Source: Escherichia coli
Lineage (GTDB): Bacteria > Pseudomonadota > Gammaproteobacteria > Enterobacterales > Enterobacteriaceae
Direction: 5' to 3' (one strand)
Length of the DNA stretch: 64,000 nucleotides
NCBI RefSeq assembly: GCF_013122565.1
Contig: NZ_CP053258.1
Shown here: piece by piece, positions 20,297-30,800 of the stretch
How the letters are laid out: every line of letters starts with the position of its first letter
How positions within the stretch are numbered: position 1 is the stretch's first letter
The notes under the pieces: model-generated
Seen by the model: the letters and a program-made list of their open reading frames with translations, nothing else
Databases searched by the model: none
What the model was told of the DNA's origin: nothing
Made by a program: the position numbers and the translations under genes

Positions 20297-22855
20297 TTAT
20301 CCCTTAATGACGAACGCGTAGTAGTTGCCGCCTTCCGTTGCGCCAACAAGCAGGACATGGTTCAGCGCAAGTTTCATCGACTGGCGTACAAAATTCACAC
20401 GCTCATCAAAGAATTCCACCGTATTTGGAATCGCAGGTACTGCCTGCTTCTTAATGCAGTCAGTAATCACGGCGAGGTTAAGCAAACCAGCGGCAGAGGC
20501 GACAAAACCAAAGCAAGCGTTGTAGTTCACTACCGGCACCGCCGGGTTTTGCGCAGCGAAGGTGTTGTAAATGGCGTCAATTTCGATACGAGAATGGTCA
20601 TCGCTGCCGTTGCTGGTACCACAGACCAAATCAATATCGCCAGCAGAGATGCCCGCATGCGTAAGGGCGCGTTCAATGGCCAGCGCCATCGACGCGGATT
20701 TTTCTTCCAACAATGAGGCGTCGAAGTAGGTATTACTACATGACTTACCGTAGCCCACCACTTCCGCGAGAACCTCAGCGCCACGCGCCGCAGCCAACTG
20801 TGGATCTTCCAGCAGCAGCATGCAGGCACCCTCGCCCGGAACATAACCCTGCGGATCTTTACCGTAAATTTGATAGTCGCTCGCCTCAGCCGTCATGTGG
20901 ATCTTTTGCGTCACCGCATCCATATACAGCGACATAGACGGGAAGTACTCATCCGCGCCGCCAACCAATACCTGCGGTTGCAGGTTCTGCCGGACGATTT
21001 CATAACCGTAGGTCAGCGCGCCCAGCGCCGAGTTTTCCCCTGTCGCAAGCGTAGTGGTATACCCTTTGATCCCTTCAGAGATCCCGCAGAACGTTGGGAT
21101 CGCATTCATCAGCGAGCCAGGAAATTCCGACGTACGTACTTTGCGTGGATCGGGTTTCAGACTTTGCAGATATTTGTAGGTGGTTTCCTGCGGACCGCGG
21201 GACATCCCCATGATCATGCCCAGCTCATCGCCATCGCGTTTGATTTTACGCTTCGCCTGTTCCAGCGCTTCGGTGAGTGCGATCAGGGCAAACGTGCCGC
21301 CACGGGTCGCTTTACGCTGATCGAAACGACGCAGGTGTTTACGCGGCTCCAGCCCGGAAACCTGGAACGTTTTAAAGTTGCTTGCCGTTTCCGGAAGCGT
21401 AGCGTCGCTGAAGCTGTACTCTTCATCAAACAGCTCGGCAAACTGGTTTGATTCATCCAGCACGGCCAGCAGCTCTTTGGCTTCTTCCAGTGTATCGTCC
21501 GGGAAGGTTACGCTACCCAGTTCAACGTGGTGGTCCTGCGCCCAGATGTTTTCCAGAACCTGGTTGAGCGTGTGGCCTATTGCGGATACTGCACCGACGC
21601 CCGAGATAGCCACACGCTTCGAATCATAGGTACTGACCGGAATGGACGCGGGCTCCATGCTCAGGATCATGCAGCAATTGTTGCCGCCGAAGGCATAGTT
21701 ATTCTTCATGAAGATGTTCACTTTGCGATCGCGAAATTCATTCGGCACATAGTCCAGATCGCAATTCGGGCGTGCCTGGCTGAAATTCAGCGTCGGCAGT
21801 ACGCGGTTGTCCGGCAGTGTTGCCAGACAGGCAATCAGTTCCACAATCCCCGCTGCGCCAATGTTGTGGCCAAAGTAAGATTTGGTGGAGCTCACCAGCA
21901 GTTTATCGTGGTTAGCGAAGACCTTTTTCATTGCCAGCGTTTCGATACGGTCATTGGCTTCGGTACCCGTACCGTGCGCGTTGACGTAATCGATTTGCTC
22001 CGGGGTTACGCCCGCATTTGCCATTGCCTTGTTCATGACCTGCACCGCTCCGCTGGCACGCGGATCTGGCCCGGTTTCATGGAAAGCATCGCAGGAAGTG
22101 GCGTAAGAGAGGATCTCACCATAAATGGTCGCCCCGCGTGCTACGGCGTGCTCATACTCTTCCAGCACGATAGCGCCAGCGCCTTCACCAATCGACATAC
22201 CGGACTGACCCGAGAACGGCGTACAAGTGTCTGGATGCATGACATTCAGTGCGTAGAATCCGGCAAAGGTCGGCAGATAGATGGGCTCGGTACCTACTGC
22301 CAGCATGGTTTTGCTTTTACCATTCTGGATGTAGTCAAAGGCCATCCCCACGGCGTTCGGGCTGGCGGTACACGCGGTCGCCACCAGTTCAACCCCGCCC
22401 TGTAAGCCCAGCAGCGTTGAAACGCTGGAACAACATGATGAGAACGCGCCGGAAAAAAGTGCTTTGCGCAGCGAGAAATCTTCCATGCGCTGTTCGAACA
22501 GCGGTAAAAAGGCCTCTGTACCCGCGGAGGAAACACCGACGATCATGCCTGTTTCTTTGAGAGTGTCACGGCTATCCATCAGGCCGGCCTGACTCAGCGC
22601 ATCTTTACCCACTTTGTAGGCCCAGAGCGCTGCGTTATCCAGTGAATCGATAACATCTTCGTTCAGATCGGAGTATTCAATGTCATGCAACACTTCTGCC
22701 GCACGCGCATTTTCAAACCATTTTGCAAAGCGTTCGCTATCCTTAACGCCATTTTTTTTATTTAATAATGCTTCCCGGAAATCCTGAATATTTTCCGCCA
22801 GTGAGGACAAAATCCCCAGCCCGGTAATAACAACTCTTTTCCTGTTCGTTTTCAT
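20297..22855 (-). CDS. Fused KS - CLF-like didomain protein (852 aa).
   Basis: The N-terminal half has a complete Cys-His-His set (ATACTASPNA, NAHGTGTEAND, KSYFGHNIGAAG). The C-terminal half is KS-like but lacks all three residues (LATGENSALG, GTSNGSDDH, ACFGFVASAAG), as in chain-length factors. Confidence 0.8.
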   Translation of the reverse strand: MKTNRKRVVITGLGILSSLAENIQDFREALLNKKNGVKDSERFAKWFENARAAEVLHDIEYSDLNEDVIDSLDNAALWAYKVGKDALSQAGLMDSRDTLKETGMIVGVSSAGTEAFLPLFEQRMEDFSLRKALFSGAFSSCCSSVSTLLGLQGGVELVATACTASPNAVGMAFDYIQNGKSKTMLAVGTEPIYLPTFAGFYALNVMHPDTCTPFSGQSGMSIGEGAGAIVLEEYEHAVARGATIYGEILSYATSCDAFHETGPDPRASGAVQVMNKAMANAGVTPEQIDYVNAHGTGTEANDRIETLAMKKVFANHDKLLVSSTKSYFGHNIGAAGIVELIACLATLPDNRVLPTLNFSQARPNCDLDYVPNEFRDRKVNIFMKNNYAFGGNNCCMILSMEPASIPVSTYDSKRVAISGVGAVSAIGHTLNQVLENIWAQDHHVELGSVTFPDDTLEEAKELLAVLDESNQFAELFDEEYSFSDATLPETASNFKTFQVSGLEPRKHLRRFDQRKATRGGTFALIALTEALEQAKRKIKRDGDELGMIMGMSRGPQETTYKYLQSLKPDPRKVRTSEFPGSLMNAIPTFCGISEGIKGYTTTLATGENSALGALTYGYEIVRQNLQPQVLVGGADEYFPSMSLYMDAVTQKIHMTAEASDYQIYGKDPQGYVPGEGACMLLLEDPQLAAARGAEVLAEVVGYGKSCSNTYFDASLLEEKSASMALAIERALTHAGISAGDIDLVCGTSNGSDDHSRIEIDAIYNTFAAQNPAVPVVNYNACFGFVASAAGLLNLAVITDCIKKQAVPAIPNTVEFFDERVNFVRQSMKLALNHVLLVGATEGGNYYAFVIKG

Positions 22856-22928
22856 GAATAATACCTGTCAATCCCGCCTATTGGGGTTAATTTAAGCCGC
22901 GTAAGCTATAGTCACGCGGCGATATTCA

Positions 22929-24089
22929 TTACGCAGCGCTTTTATTTTTTGACGCGTCGATATAACTGTGCTCAGTTGGGCTAACCAACATGCTCAGGTT
23001 ATAAATAAACGGCATACATTTTGATTGCGCCGGAATAATTCCGTGAGCAGTTTGAATTTCGTAGCCGCTGATGTCAGACCAGGCGTAATCATTATCCAGC
23101 AGAGTCAGGGCAATGAAACGCTGCAACGCTGGGGAAAAGAGTGCCTTCACGATATAGCCCACGTCTTGACCTTCCACCAGCACACGATCGCCAGCCTCAA
23201 TGCCTTCGCATTCTTCCTGAGCGATCATGCCGATGAGTTTATTACCGGTATACTCCTGGGAGAGCTCTGTCACCGCGTCCTTGCCAATAAAATCATCTTT
23301 GTCGTACTGCACCGCCCACTGCATCTGCAACTGAACCGGATTCACTGCCTGACCTTCCCAGAGGCTGGCATCCCAGCACGGATTTTCGAGGCGTACGATT
23401 TTTTGATAATCCAGGCCGCCGGTCTGCATCAGGTATTTCTCGCCGACGGTTAACAGTTTTTCCCACTGCTCCGCCAGTTTCGCCTGCTCACCGATGGTCA
23501 TGTACGCATACTCACCGTGTTTACCACAGCGGAAGATCAGCAGATCCTCCTCGGTATTCATGTATTCGTAGTAAGGCAGGCCAATAACGTCAAAGCCATG
23601 AATTTCAGACATGATCTCCCAGGAGTATGGGCCTTCGAGCAGGATTGCCCCCCAGTTGTTTTCCCGCATATCCTGAATTTCAGGCATCGATTGAATATCC
23701 AGTTCTTCCGCTTTTTCGAGAATGGTATTCATGCTGGCGATCAATTCGGCAGCCGAAATATCTTCTGAAAGCAGGTAATAACCGTCAATGCTGCACAGCA
23801 CATAGACGTCTCCGCGAATGGTGCCCTCTTCATTCAACACCAGTGAGTAGATTGCCTGCTCATCACGAATGATGGAGACATCTGCGGAAACCAGCTGGTT
23901 GATCAGCGCCCAGGCATCATCGCCCATGACGCTAACAATAGAGAGGTGAGAATAGTCCACCAGCAGCGCGTTTTCACGAACGGCTTTATATTCGGTCATA
24001 GCATCGTGATAAGAAGAAGGTAGGGTACGGTTGTTATATACCCCCATTACCGCATTATTTTTCAAGTGAAATTCAGCAAGAGATTTCAT
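22929..24089 (-). CDS. GcvT/aminomethyltransferase-family (folate-binding) protein.
   Basis: 386 aa. The pattern EYKAVRENALLVDYSHLSIVSVMGDDAWALINQLVSADV...YSLVLNEEGTIRGDVYV follows the GcvT family N-terminal layout. Confidence 0.7.
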   Translation of the reverse strand: MKSLAEFHLKNNAVMGVYNNRTLPSSYHDAMTEYKAVRENALLVDYSHLSIVSVMGDDAWALINQLVSADVSIIRDEQAIYSLVLNEEGTIRGDVYVLCSIDGYYLLSEDISAAELIASMNTILEKAEELDIQSMPEIQDMRENNWGAILLEGPYSWEIMSEIHGFDVIGLPYYEYMNTEEDLLIFRCGKHGEYAYMTIGEQAKLAEQWEKLLTVGEKYLMQTGGLDYQKIVRLENPCWDASLWEGQAVNPVQLQMQWAVQYDKDDFIGKDAVTELSQEYTGNKLIGMIAQEECEGIEAGDRVLVEGQDVGYIVKALFSPALQRFIALTLLDNDYAWSDISGYEIQTAHGIIPAQSKCMPFIYNLSMLVSPTEHSYIDASKNKSAA

Positions 24090-24124
24090 AAACGTGTCCT
24101 GATAATTAATTCTTTAATAAGTAG

Positions 24125-24406
24125 TTAATCGTTGTTCTTTTGAATAACGAAGGTGGCCAGACTATTGATACTGCGCATATAGGACGGGTCGTCACTTTCG
24201 CTGATCTTGATATCAAATACTTTATCCAGCAGAACGACAATTTCCGTTGCATCGACGGAGTCCAGTTTAAAACCATTACCAAACAGCGCAGTATCATCAT
24301 CAATTTGCGCTTCATCGCGTTGAATATTCAGTCGCTGGATGATCTCAGTTTTAATGGTCATCAGAACTTCTTTACGCTGTTCAATAGCGTCATTCATGGT
24401 AGACAT
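24125..24406 (-). CDS. Acyl carrier protein.
   Basis: 93 aa and acidic. The phosphopantetheine-site context is GFKLDSVDATEIVVLLD. Confidence 0.85.
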   Translation of the reverse strand: MSTMNDAIEQRKEVLMTIKTEIIQRLNIQRDEAQIDDDTALFGNGFKLDSVDATEIVVLLDKVFDIKISESDDPSYMRSINSLATFVIQKNND

Positions 24407-24427
24407 AATATTTACTCTCTTATTGGA

Positions 24428-24976
24428 TTACTTGGTTTCACGGAAATTGATAATGGTGCCCTGACTAATCAGCTTTTTACCGACGTACGCGGTCACGGAA
24501 TAGTGTTTAAAGCCACTGGCATCCGAAAAAGCCAATTTGCTGACAACATCAATAGAATCACCCGGATAGGCGATATCTTTAAATTTCAGGTTCTGAGCAG
24601 CCAGCACGCCGCGTACCTGGCTGCGCCGGGTACGGATAATCTCCAGCATTTCAGGGCGGTGAATGCGTGCGTGAATATCACGTAACGACTTCAGCTCTTC
24701 CTCAAAACGTTCGCGCCAGATATCGCAAATGTCGGTCAGGAAAGAGAGATACTCGCTGGCCTGGCCGAAGATTTCCGAAATAATCACCCCGGGCATAATC
24801 GGATCTTCCGGGAAATGCCCCAGTAGATACGGTTCGTTATAGGTGACGTGCTTCACGACACTGACAAAGCCATTTTCACCGTATTTATAATCTGCAATTT
24901 TATCGACCATCAGCAGCGGCTGACGCCAGCCGCCCATTTCGAGGAAGATTTTCGAAGGAATCGTGTATTTGGACAT
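24428..24976 (-). CDS. FabZ/FabA-like 3-hydroxyacyl-ACP dehydratase (hotdog fold).
   Basis: The block GHFPEDPIMPGVIISEIFGQA matches the FabZ active-site block HFPxxPxMPGV. Confidence 0.8.
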   Translation of the reverse strand: MSKYTIPSKIFLEMGGWRQPLLMVDKIADYKYGENGFVSVVKHVTYNEPYLLGHFPEDPIMPGVIISEIFGQASEYLSFLTDICDIWRERFEEELKSLRDIHARIHRPEMLEIIRTRRSQVRGVLAAQNLKFKDIAYPGDSIDVVSKLAFSDASGFKHYSVTAYVGKKLISQGTIINFRETK

Positions 24977-24979
24977 AAA

Positions 24980-25744
24980 TCACCGCATGACCAGGCCGCC
25001 ATCGATAACGATGGTCTGGCCGACAATGTAGCTGGAGGCAGAGGAACTTAAGAAGACGATGGTGTTCGCCACTTCTTCACATTTACCCAGACGGCGTAAC
25101 GGGATGGTACTGGTTACCGCACGGACCACTGCGCGGGATACTTTTTTCACCATTTTCGATTCAATCATTCCCGGTGCGACCGCGTTGACGCGCACGCCCC
25201 AGGGTGCCATTTCTGCTGCCAGCGTGCGGGTGAAGCCTAGGATCGCCCCTTTTGACGCGCTGTAATTCGCCTGACCGACGCTTGGGATCAGCGCTGCAAT
25301 AGAGGCAACGTTAATAATGGCGGGATTTTCTGCCGCACGAAGCAACATCAGCGCGTCTTTCGTCAGACGGAAAATGCTGAACATGTTGGTTTCGATAACT
25401 TGGGTGAAATCCTCATAGCTCATCGAGGCAAACAGGCTGTCTTTAACGATGCCCGCGTTATTCACCAGCACATCAATCTTGCCAGCTTCGCGCTCTATCT
25501 GTTCGCACAATGCGCTCACACTCTGGGGGCAGGCGAGATCGCACTGCACAATATGCAGTTTATCGCCTGCAGGATGGCTTGCTTTCAGCGCCGTTAATTG
25601 CACGTCGTTGGATTTATAGAGCGCATAAACATCGCAGTTCTGCTCCAGATATTTTTCACAAATACCCAGTCCAATATCACCACTGGCTCCTGTCACCAGT
25701 ACGGTTTTTTCATTTAAATCATTATATTTGTACATATTCATCAT
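24980..25744 (-). CDS. 3-oxoacyl-ACP reductase (FabG-like SDR).
   Basis: Motifs TGASGDIG, NNAG and YSASK. The start is uncertain (ATGs at 25744, 25741 and 25735). The TTG start used by the track would overlap acpS. Confidence 0.85.
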   Translation of the reverse strand: MMNMYKYNDLNEKTVLVTGASGDIGLGICEKYLEQNCDVYALYKSNDVQLTALKASHPAGDKLHIVQCDLACPQSVSALCEQIEREAGKIDVLVNNAGIVKDSLFASMSYEDFTQVIETNMFSIFRLTKDALMLLRAAENPAIINVASIAALIPSVGQANYSASKGAILGFTRTLAAEMAPWGVRVNAVAPGMIESKMVKKVSRAVVRAVTSTIPLRRLGKCEEVANTIVFLSSSASSYIVGQTIVIDGGLVMR

Positions 25745-25754
25745 ATATGTTGAG

Positions 25755-26123
25755 TTAATAAACGATGACAGTCGCAATGGCGTGGGTACGGCAATGCGAA
25801 ATACTCAGGGAGTTATTTTGCAACCCCTGCCCGAGAAAAATTTCTTGTAGTCTTCCGGAAATAACGAAATAAGGTGCTTTGGCCGCATCATGCTTTATTT
25901 CAATATCCTGGAAACGTACGCCATCACGAAAACCACAACCAATCGCTTTAACTAACGCTTCTTTCGCCGCCCAGAATCCAGAGGCCCGTTCATAATCAGG
26001 TTCTGCAGGATTAATGAGTAAGCGCTCATGAGCAGTATAAACACGCTCATAAAAAGCCATCTCTCCATTAATAATGGCTTTGGTTATTCTGGCAATTTCA
26101 ACAATATCTGTTCCTATTCTCAT
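25755..26123 (-). CDS. Holo-ACP synthase (AcpS-type 4'-phosphopantetheinyl transferase).
   Basis: 122 aa. [13 protein letters not shown]... and [13 protein letters not shown] are typical of AcpS. Confidence 0.85.
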   Translation of the reverse strand: MRIGTDIVEIARITKAIINGEMAFYERVYTAHERLLINPAEPDYERASGFWAAKEALVKAIGCGFRDGVRFQDIEIKHDAAKAPYFVISGRLQEIFLGQGLQNNSLSISHCRTHAIATVIVY

Positions 26124-26138
26124 TAGTCTCGTTATCCT

Positions 26139-27758
26139 TTACATTTGGTACGAAAAATTAAAATTTATATTCACCCGATCAATATCTAATGTCGCCGGGT
26201 ACTTTAATGGGGTAGAAACGGAAAAGTTATACTCAAGACTTTTTATGTTTCCATCAATACCAACTGCCGCGCCCACCAGTGATTCATCGCCATAAGAAGC
26301 GTCCTGATACACTTGCCCAAAATCAAGACCGGCATAATAATTAGCTTTCATTCCAGGCAAAGGAAATGCCAGCGTATTTTTTATATAAAAACCATCATTC
26401 CCTGACAAACCTACGCTATTTTCAAACCCGCGAATACTCCAACGATCGCCAACTGTAATTTGATCTTGCAAAGTCAGTTCACACGGTGCGTACTGGGCAA
26501 AAAAAGCGGTATTGTAATATCCATTATCTATTTGTCGGGTATAGTTACCCTCAAAATTAAAGATATTGCTTACCGGGCTAACGTCGCCATATTGCATATT
26601 CGGCGTTTTTTCACCACCGAACCAAGTTAAAAAGCGTTGCCACGAGAGGGTTGAATCCCAGAACGCGCCGGGTAACTGTTGCTTATAATTTAGCCCCAGC
26701 TTGATATTTCCCATATCCCGCGCCTGTAATGTCAGCTCCTCACCATTAAGCGTGTAATTCGACTTTCGTCGAATGAGTTCTGCACTCCCGGCGAATTTTT
26801 TTGTTTTATCGCGATAAACGGTACGCGTCGCCTTTGCGCTCAAGTATTCGCTGGTGCCAACATAATCCAGCGAGATGTACGAAAGCGGAATCACCTGCTG
26901 CGATTTACTTTTGCTATAGAAAAAGCCGTACTCCCAGTACCCCACCGGAATGGAATAATAGCTACTGACGTTTTCGTACTGTCCAGTAGTACTACGCGTA
27001 CCGGCGAGATAAAACAGATCCCCCATTTTCGCTGGATTAAACAGATAACCCACCGCGGTTGTCTGGTAACGGCCCGTTTCTTCATCGCCCCAATTGTTGT
27101 AACTTGCCCGAACGCTCCAGTTTTTGCCCCGGTGTGTATCAATATGAACGATGCTGTAACCATCCCGTGTTCCCGGTTCAATATTAATTTTCACATCAAC
27201 GTCAGGTACTCGCTGAAGATTTTCCAGCCCCTGTTCAATATCGCGAATATTGAGAATATCGTTACGCTGAAAAGGTAACATCCATTCACTGATATCATTA
27301 CCTTCCACAATCGTTTTTTCTATCTTCCCGGCATTAACCTGGAAACGTAGCTTGCCTTTAGAAATATCCTGCGAAGGGATACTAATTCGCGTTGTGATAT
27401 ATCCGGCATTAATATAATAATCCTGCAAGGCAGCAGCAATTTTTTGCACACCAGCACTACCGACACAACGTCCGGCAATCGCTTTTTGCACTTCAGAAAT
27501 AAACTGACCATCCAGAAAGTTATCTTCCAGTTCAATCCGATTAATGATAAAGCAATTCTTTTCCTGCGGTAGATCACTCAGAGTAAACGCATTACGTTGT
27601 GCATTTGAGTAAACATCTTTTTTTTCTAATTTATGCGCGCGTAACGTGCTTTCATCTGCATTTTTTTGCTGCTTGATCAAATTATCAATACTGTCTTTCG
27701 CTGCAACCTGAAAACAACAAAGAATGAGCAGCAAACCAAAATTAAATCGTAATTGCAT
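26139..27758 (-). CDS. TpsB outer-membrane transporter (ShlB/FhaC/HecB family).
   Basis: 539 aa with a signal peptide, a POTRA-like N-terminal region and a beta-barrel ending NFSYQM. It lies directly downstream of a TpsA. Confidence 0.85.
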   Translation of the reverse strand: MQLRFNFGLLLILCCFQVAAKDSIDNLIKQQKNADESTLRAHKLEKKDVYSNAQRNAFTLSDLPQEKNCFIINRIELEDNFLDGQFISEVQKAIAGRCVGSAGVQKIAAALQDYYINAGYITTRISIPSQDISKGKLRFQVNAGKIEKTIVEGNDISEWMLPFQRNDILNIRDIEQGLENLQRVPDVDVKINIEPGTRDGYSIVHIDTHRGKNWSVRASYNNWGDEETGRYQTTAVGYLFNPAKMGDLFYLAGTRSTTGQYENVSSYYSIPVGYWEYGFFYSKSKSQQVIPLSYISLDYVGTSEYLSAKATRTVYRDKTKKFAGSAELIRRKSNYTLNGEELTLQARDMGNIKLGLNYKQQLPGAFWDSTLSWQRFLTWFGGEKTPNMQYGDVSPVSNIFNFEGNYTRQIDNGYYNTAFFAQYAPCELTLQDQITVGDRWSIRGFENSVGLSGNDGFYIKNTLAFPLPGMKANYYAGLDFGQVYQDASYGDESLVGAAVGIDGNIKSLEYNFSVSTPLKYPATLDIDRVNINFNFSYQM

Positions 27759-27777
27759 TATCTTCTCAAACTAAATA

Positions 27778-27838
27778 AAGACAGCAGCAACCCCTGCGTG
27801 ACATGACGCATTAATATTAAATGCCACTGCTGTCTTTG
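27778..27838. repeat. 11-bp inverted repeat (aaagacagcag / ctgctgtcttt) with a 39-nt spacer in the tpsA-tpsB gap.
   Basis: Read directly. On the transcribed (minus) strand the second arm is followed by atttagttt. This could be a partial terminator or processing site. Confidence 0.5.
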
Positions 27839-27846
27839 GTTACATC

Positions 27847-30800
27847 TTACATGCCGACAATAGTACCGGTGTTGTCAGTTTCGTTTGCTTCTAACGCTAA
27901 ACCGTAGAAGCCACCGAGAACAGCGTCTTTACCGCTATTCGTAACCTTATTTGCCGATACGCCAGCGACACCATAACTCAGCATATTGAGGTAGTTATAA
28001 ATATTACCGGTGGTTTTAACACCCAGAGAATAATCACCCACAATATTTCCACGGTTATTAATGTCATTCACGGCATTGATCGCGATGGTTTGTCCCAACA
28101 TATTACTGTTGCTGTTGTTGGTAACATACTTCTGCGTATCAATAGTCAGCGCAGTTCCCGCCACAATGTCTTTAAAGTTCTCAACACCGTTCAGGGCATT
28201 AATGGTCAGCGCGTTGTCCGCTGCGATGGCATTACGGTTATACAGCGTGCCTTTCAGAACATTGAAATGCACATCCCCTTTACCGCTGATCCAACCATAG
28301 TTAGTGACGCTGTTATCAACGTTCAGATCTAGGTTTTTGTCAGACGCAATCACGCCCGTGGCGGTATTGTCTTCCAGACGACCATCACTGGCGTTACTCA
28401 ACGACGCCGCATAAACATCGAGATTACCGGCGCTGTAAGTGGTGGCATAGTTGTTGTAGAACATACCAGCCGCACGGATGATGGCATCAGCCCCACTGCT
28501 AAGAAGCGCGCGGGTATTATCCAGCGTTCCCCTGGACAGCAGATTAAGCGGACCATTTTCAGCGATGATGCTGCTGTTATTGTTGTAGACGTTCTGAGCA
28601 GAAAGCGTGACACCTTCTTTACCCACAATGCCACCAACGTTGTCAGTAATACCGAAAACTTCACCGTTATAACGCAGGAAGTTATTCCCGTCGCGGTTTT
28701 CGAGGTTGCCGCCAGCGTTAATAACCAGCTTTTTATTCGCCGCGATCAGCGCAGTGTTGTTGTAAATCGTCGATTTAGCATCGACAGAAACATTCTCACC
28801 GGCAATCAAACCATAGGCGTTGTCTACAATGTTCGCCGTCAGAGTCACGTCGCCCGTTTCAGAGGTCAGCGAGCCCTTAAAACTGTCGTAGTTGCCCGTC
28901 AGTGCCAGCGTGACGTCGTCATAACCACGAATTTCACCGTAGTCGTTGTTCAGATTGCTGCCTTTTACAGACAACACGCCGTTCAACGCATGCAGCTTAC
29001 CGCGGTTGTTACCCACGTTGCCCTTCGAATCGATAATCAGATCGCCTGTCGCTTCGATGGTCGCGTTATTGTTGGCCACGCTATTTGCCGTTAATGCGAC
29101 ATCCCCATAACCCACCATATAGAGATAGTTATACAGGTTGCCTTTGGTTGTCACGTTCAGGTCAACATCACTGACAATGTTGCCACGGTTGTTGATATCG
29201 TTAACCGCGTTAATAACGATATTCTGCCCCACCATATTGCTGTTGGAGTTGTTGGTCACATGGCGATTGGTGTTCATCGTCAGGTCGCCGCCAGCAGAAA
29301 TATCCTTCCAGTTTTCAATACCGTTCAGTGCTGCAATGTCCAACCCCTTTTCAGCCGCAATAGTATTGCGGTTGTACAGGTTGCCATTTTTCACCGTGAC
29401 ATCAACATCACCTTTACCGCTGATCCAGCCGTAGTTGGTAAGGCTATTCACCACTTCCAGTGACAGATTTTTGTCAGATGCAATGAACCCGGTCGCATTG
29501 TTATCGATCATCGTACCGCTGCTGCTGTTTTGCAGCGTGGTCGCGTCGATATCCAGGTTGCCCGCACTCCAGGTGGTAGCGTAGTTGTTGTAATACGTTC
29601 CGCCAACCTGAATAGATGCATCCGCCCCGCTGATGACCAGAGCTCGCGTGTTGTCGAACGTGTTCTGCGCCTGCAGAGTCAGAGGACCATCCTCAGCGAT
29701 AATACGGCTGTTGTTGTTATAGATGTTCTGCCCGGAAAGCTCGATGCCTTCCTTGCCGACCATTCCACCCGTTTGCTGAGGCATGCCGAAGTACTGACCA
29801 TAAGCATTACCGAAGTTATTGCCATCGCGGTTTTCGATACTGCCGCGCGCATTTATCTTCAGTTTTTTGCTGGCCACGATCAGCGCTGTGTTGTTATTGA
29901 CGCCAGACATCGACTCCATCGTGATGTTCTGCCCCATCATGAAGCCGCCGTGGTTATCCACGGAGTTGGCTAACAGGGAGATATCACCCTCTTCAGAGCT
30001 GATCACGCCAATATTATTGGTCAGGCTGCCGCCAACGGCGACTTCAATACCCTGCTTACCGCTGATCCCCCCGGTATCGTTACGCAGAGAGCTTCCCTTG
30101 ATAATCACTTTGCTGTTGGACAGAATTTTGCCCGCATAGTCGTCGATCGTGCTGTAACTTGACAGGGAGACGTTGCCATTAGACGCAATCTGTCCGCCAT
30201 TGTTATTGATGTTGTTCGCACCAATTTCTACGCCGGTATCTGCAATAATGCCCAGAGAGTCAGAACTGCCGGTATCGGCGGTTTTGGTTGAACCATTATT
30301 TACGCTACCTGCCGCACCAATAACGATATGCCCGGTGGACGAACGGATCAGACCTTTGTTGTTATCCACATTACCGTTACTGATAATGGCGATATCGCCA
30401 GTGGTCTGGATATCACCGCTGTTGTTATTCAACGCGCCTGATTCAAGCCCCACATAACCGCCGCGAATCTGACCATTGCTGTTGTTGAGCGTTCCGGTTT
30501 TCAGCGCCACGAGCCCCGCTTCAATCCCGACAGAACTCCCTTTACCAGAGTTAATCAGCGTGGCGTTATTGGTATCAACCGCCAGCATACCTGCTGCGGC
30601 GAGCTTGCCGTTGGTGTTATCAATCGTGCCACTGTTAACGTAGATATCGCCCATCGTAGAGATGTTACCCGCACGGGTATTCACGATAGTATTCTTGTTG
30701 GTATTAAGCGAGATAGTGCCTACAGATGTCACCGTACCGGTGGTGTTATCCAGAGTACCATTTGTTGTCAGGTTGATCGTGCTTGCAGACTGAATCTGGG

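Noticed and set aside
20325-22560. Long plus-strand ORFs (up to 292 aa at 21527-22405; 193 aa at 20870-21451) antisense to the KS-CLF gene.
   Set aside because: They lie entirely within a strongly supported minus-strand gene and have Arg/His/Gln-rich, low-complexity composition with no motifs. They are typical shadow ORFs.
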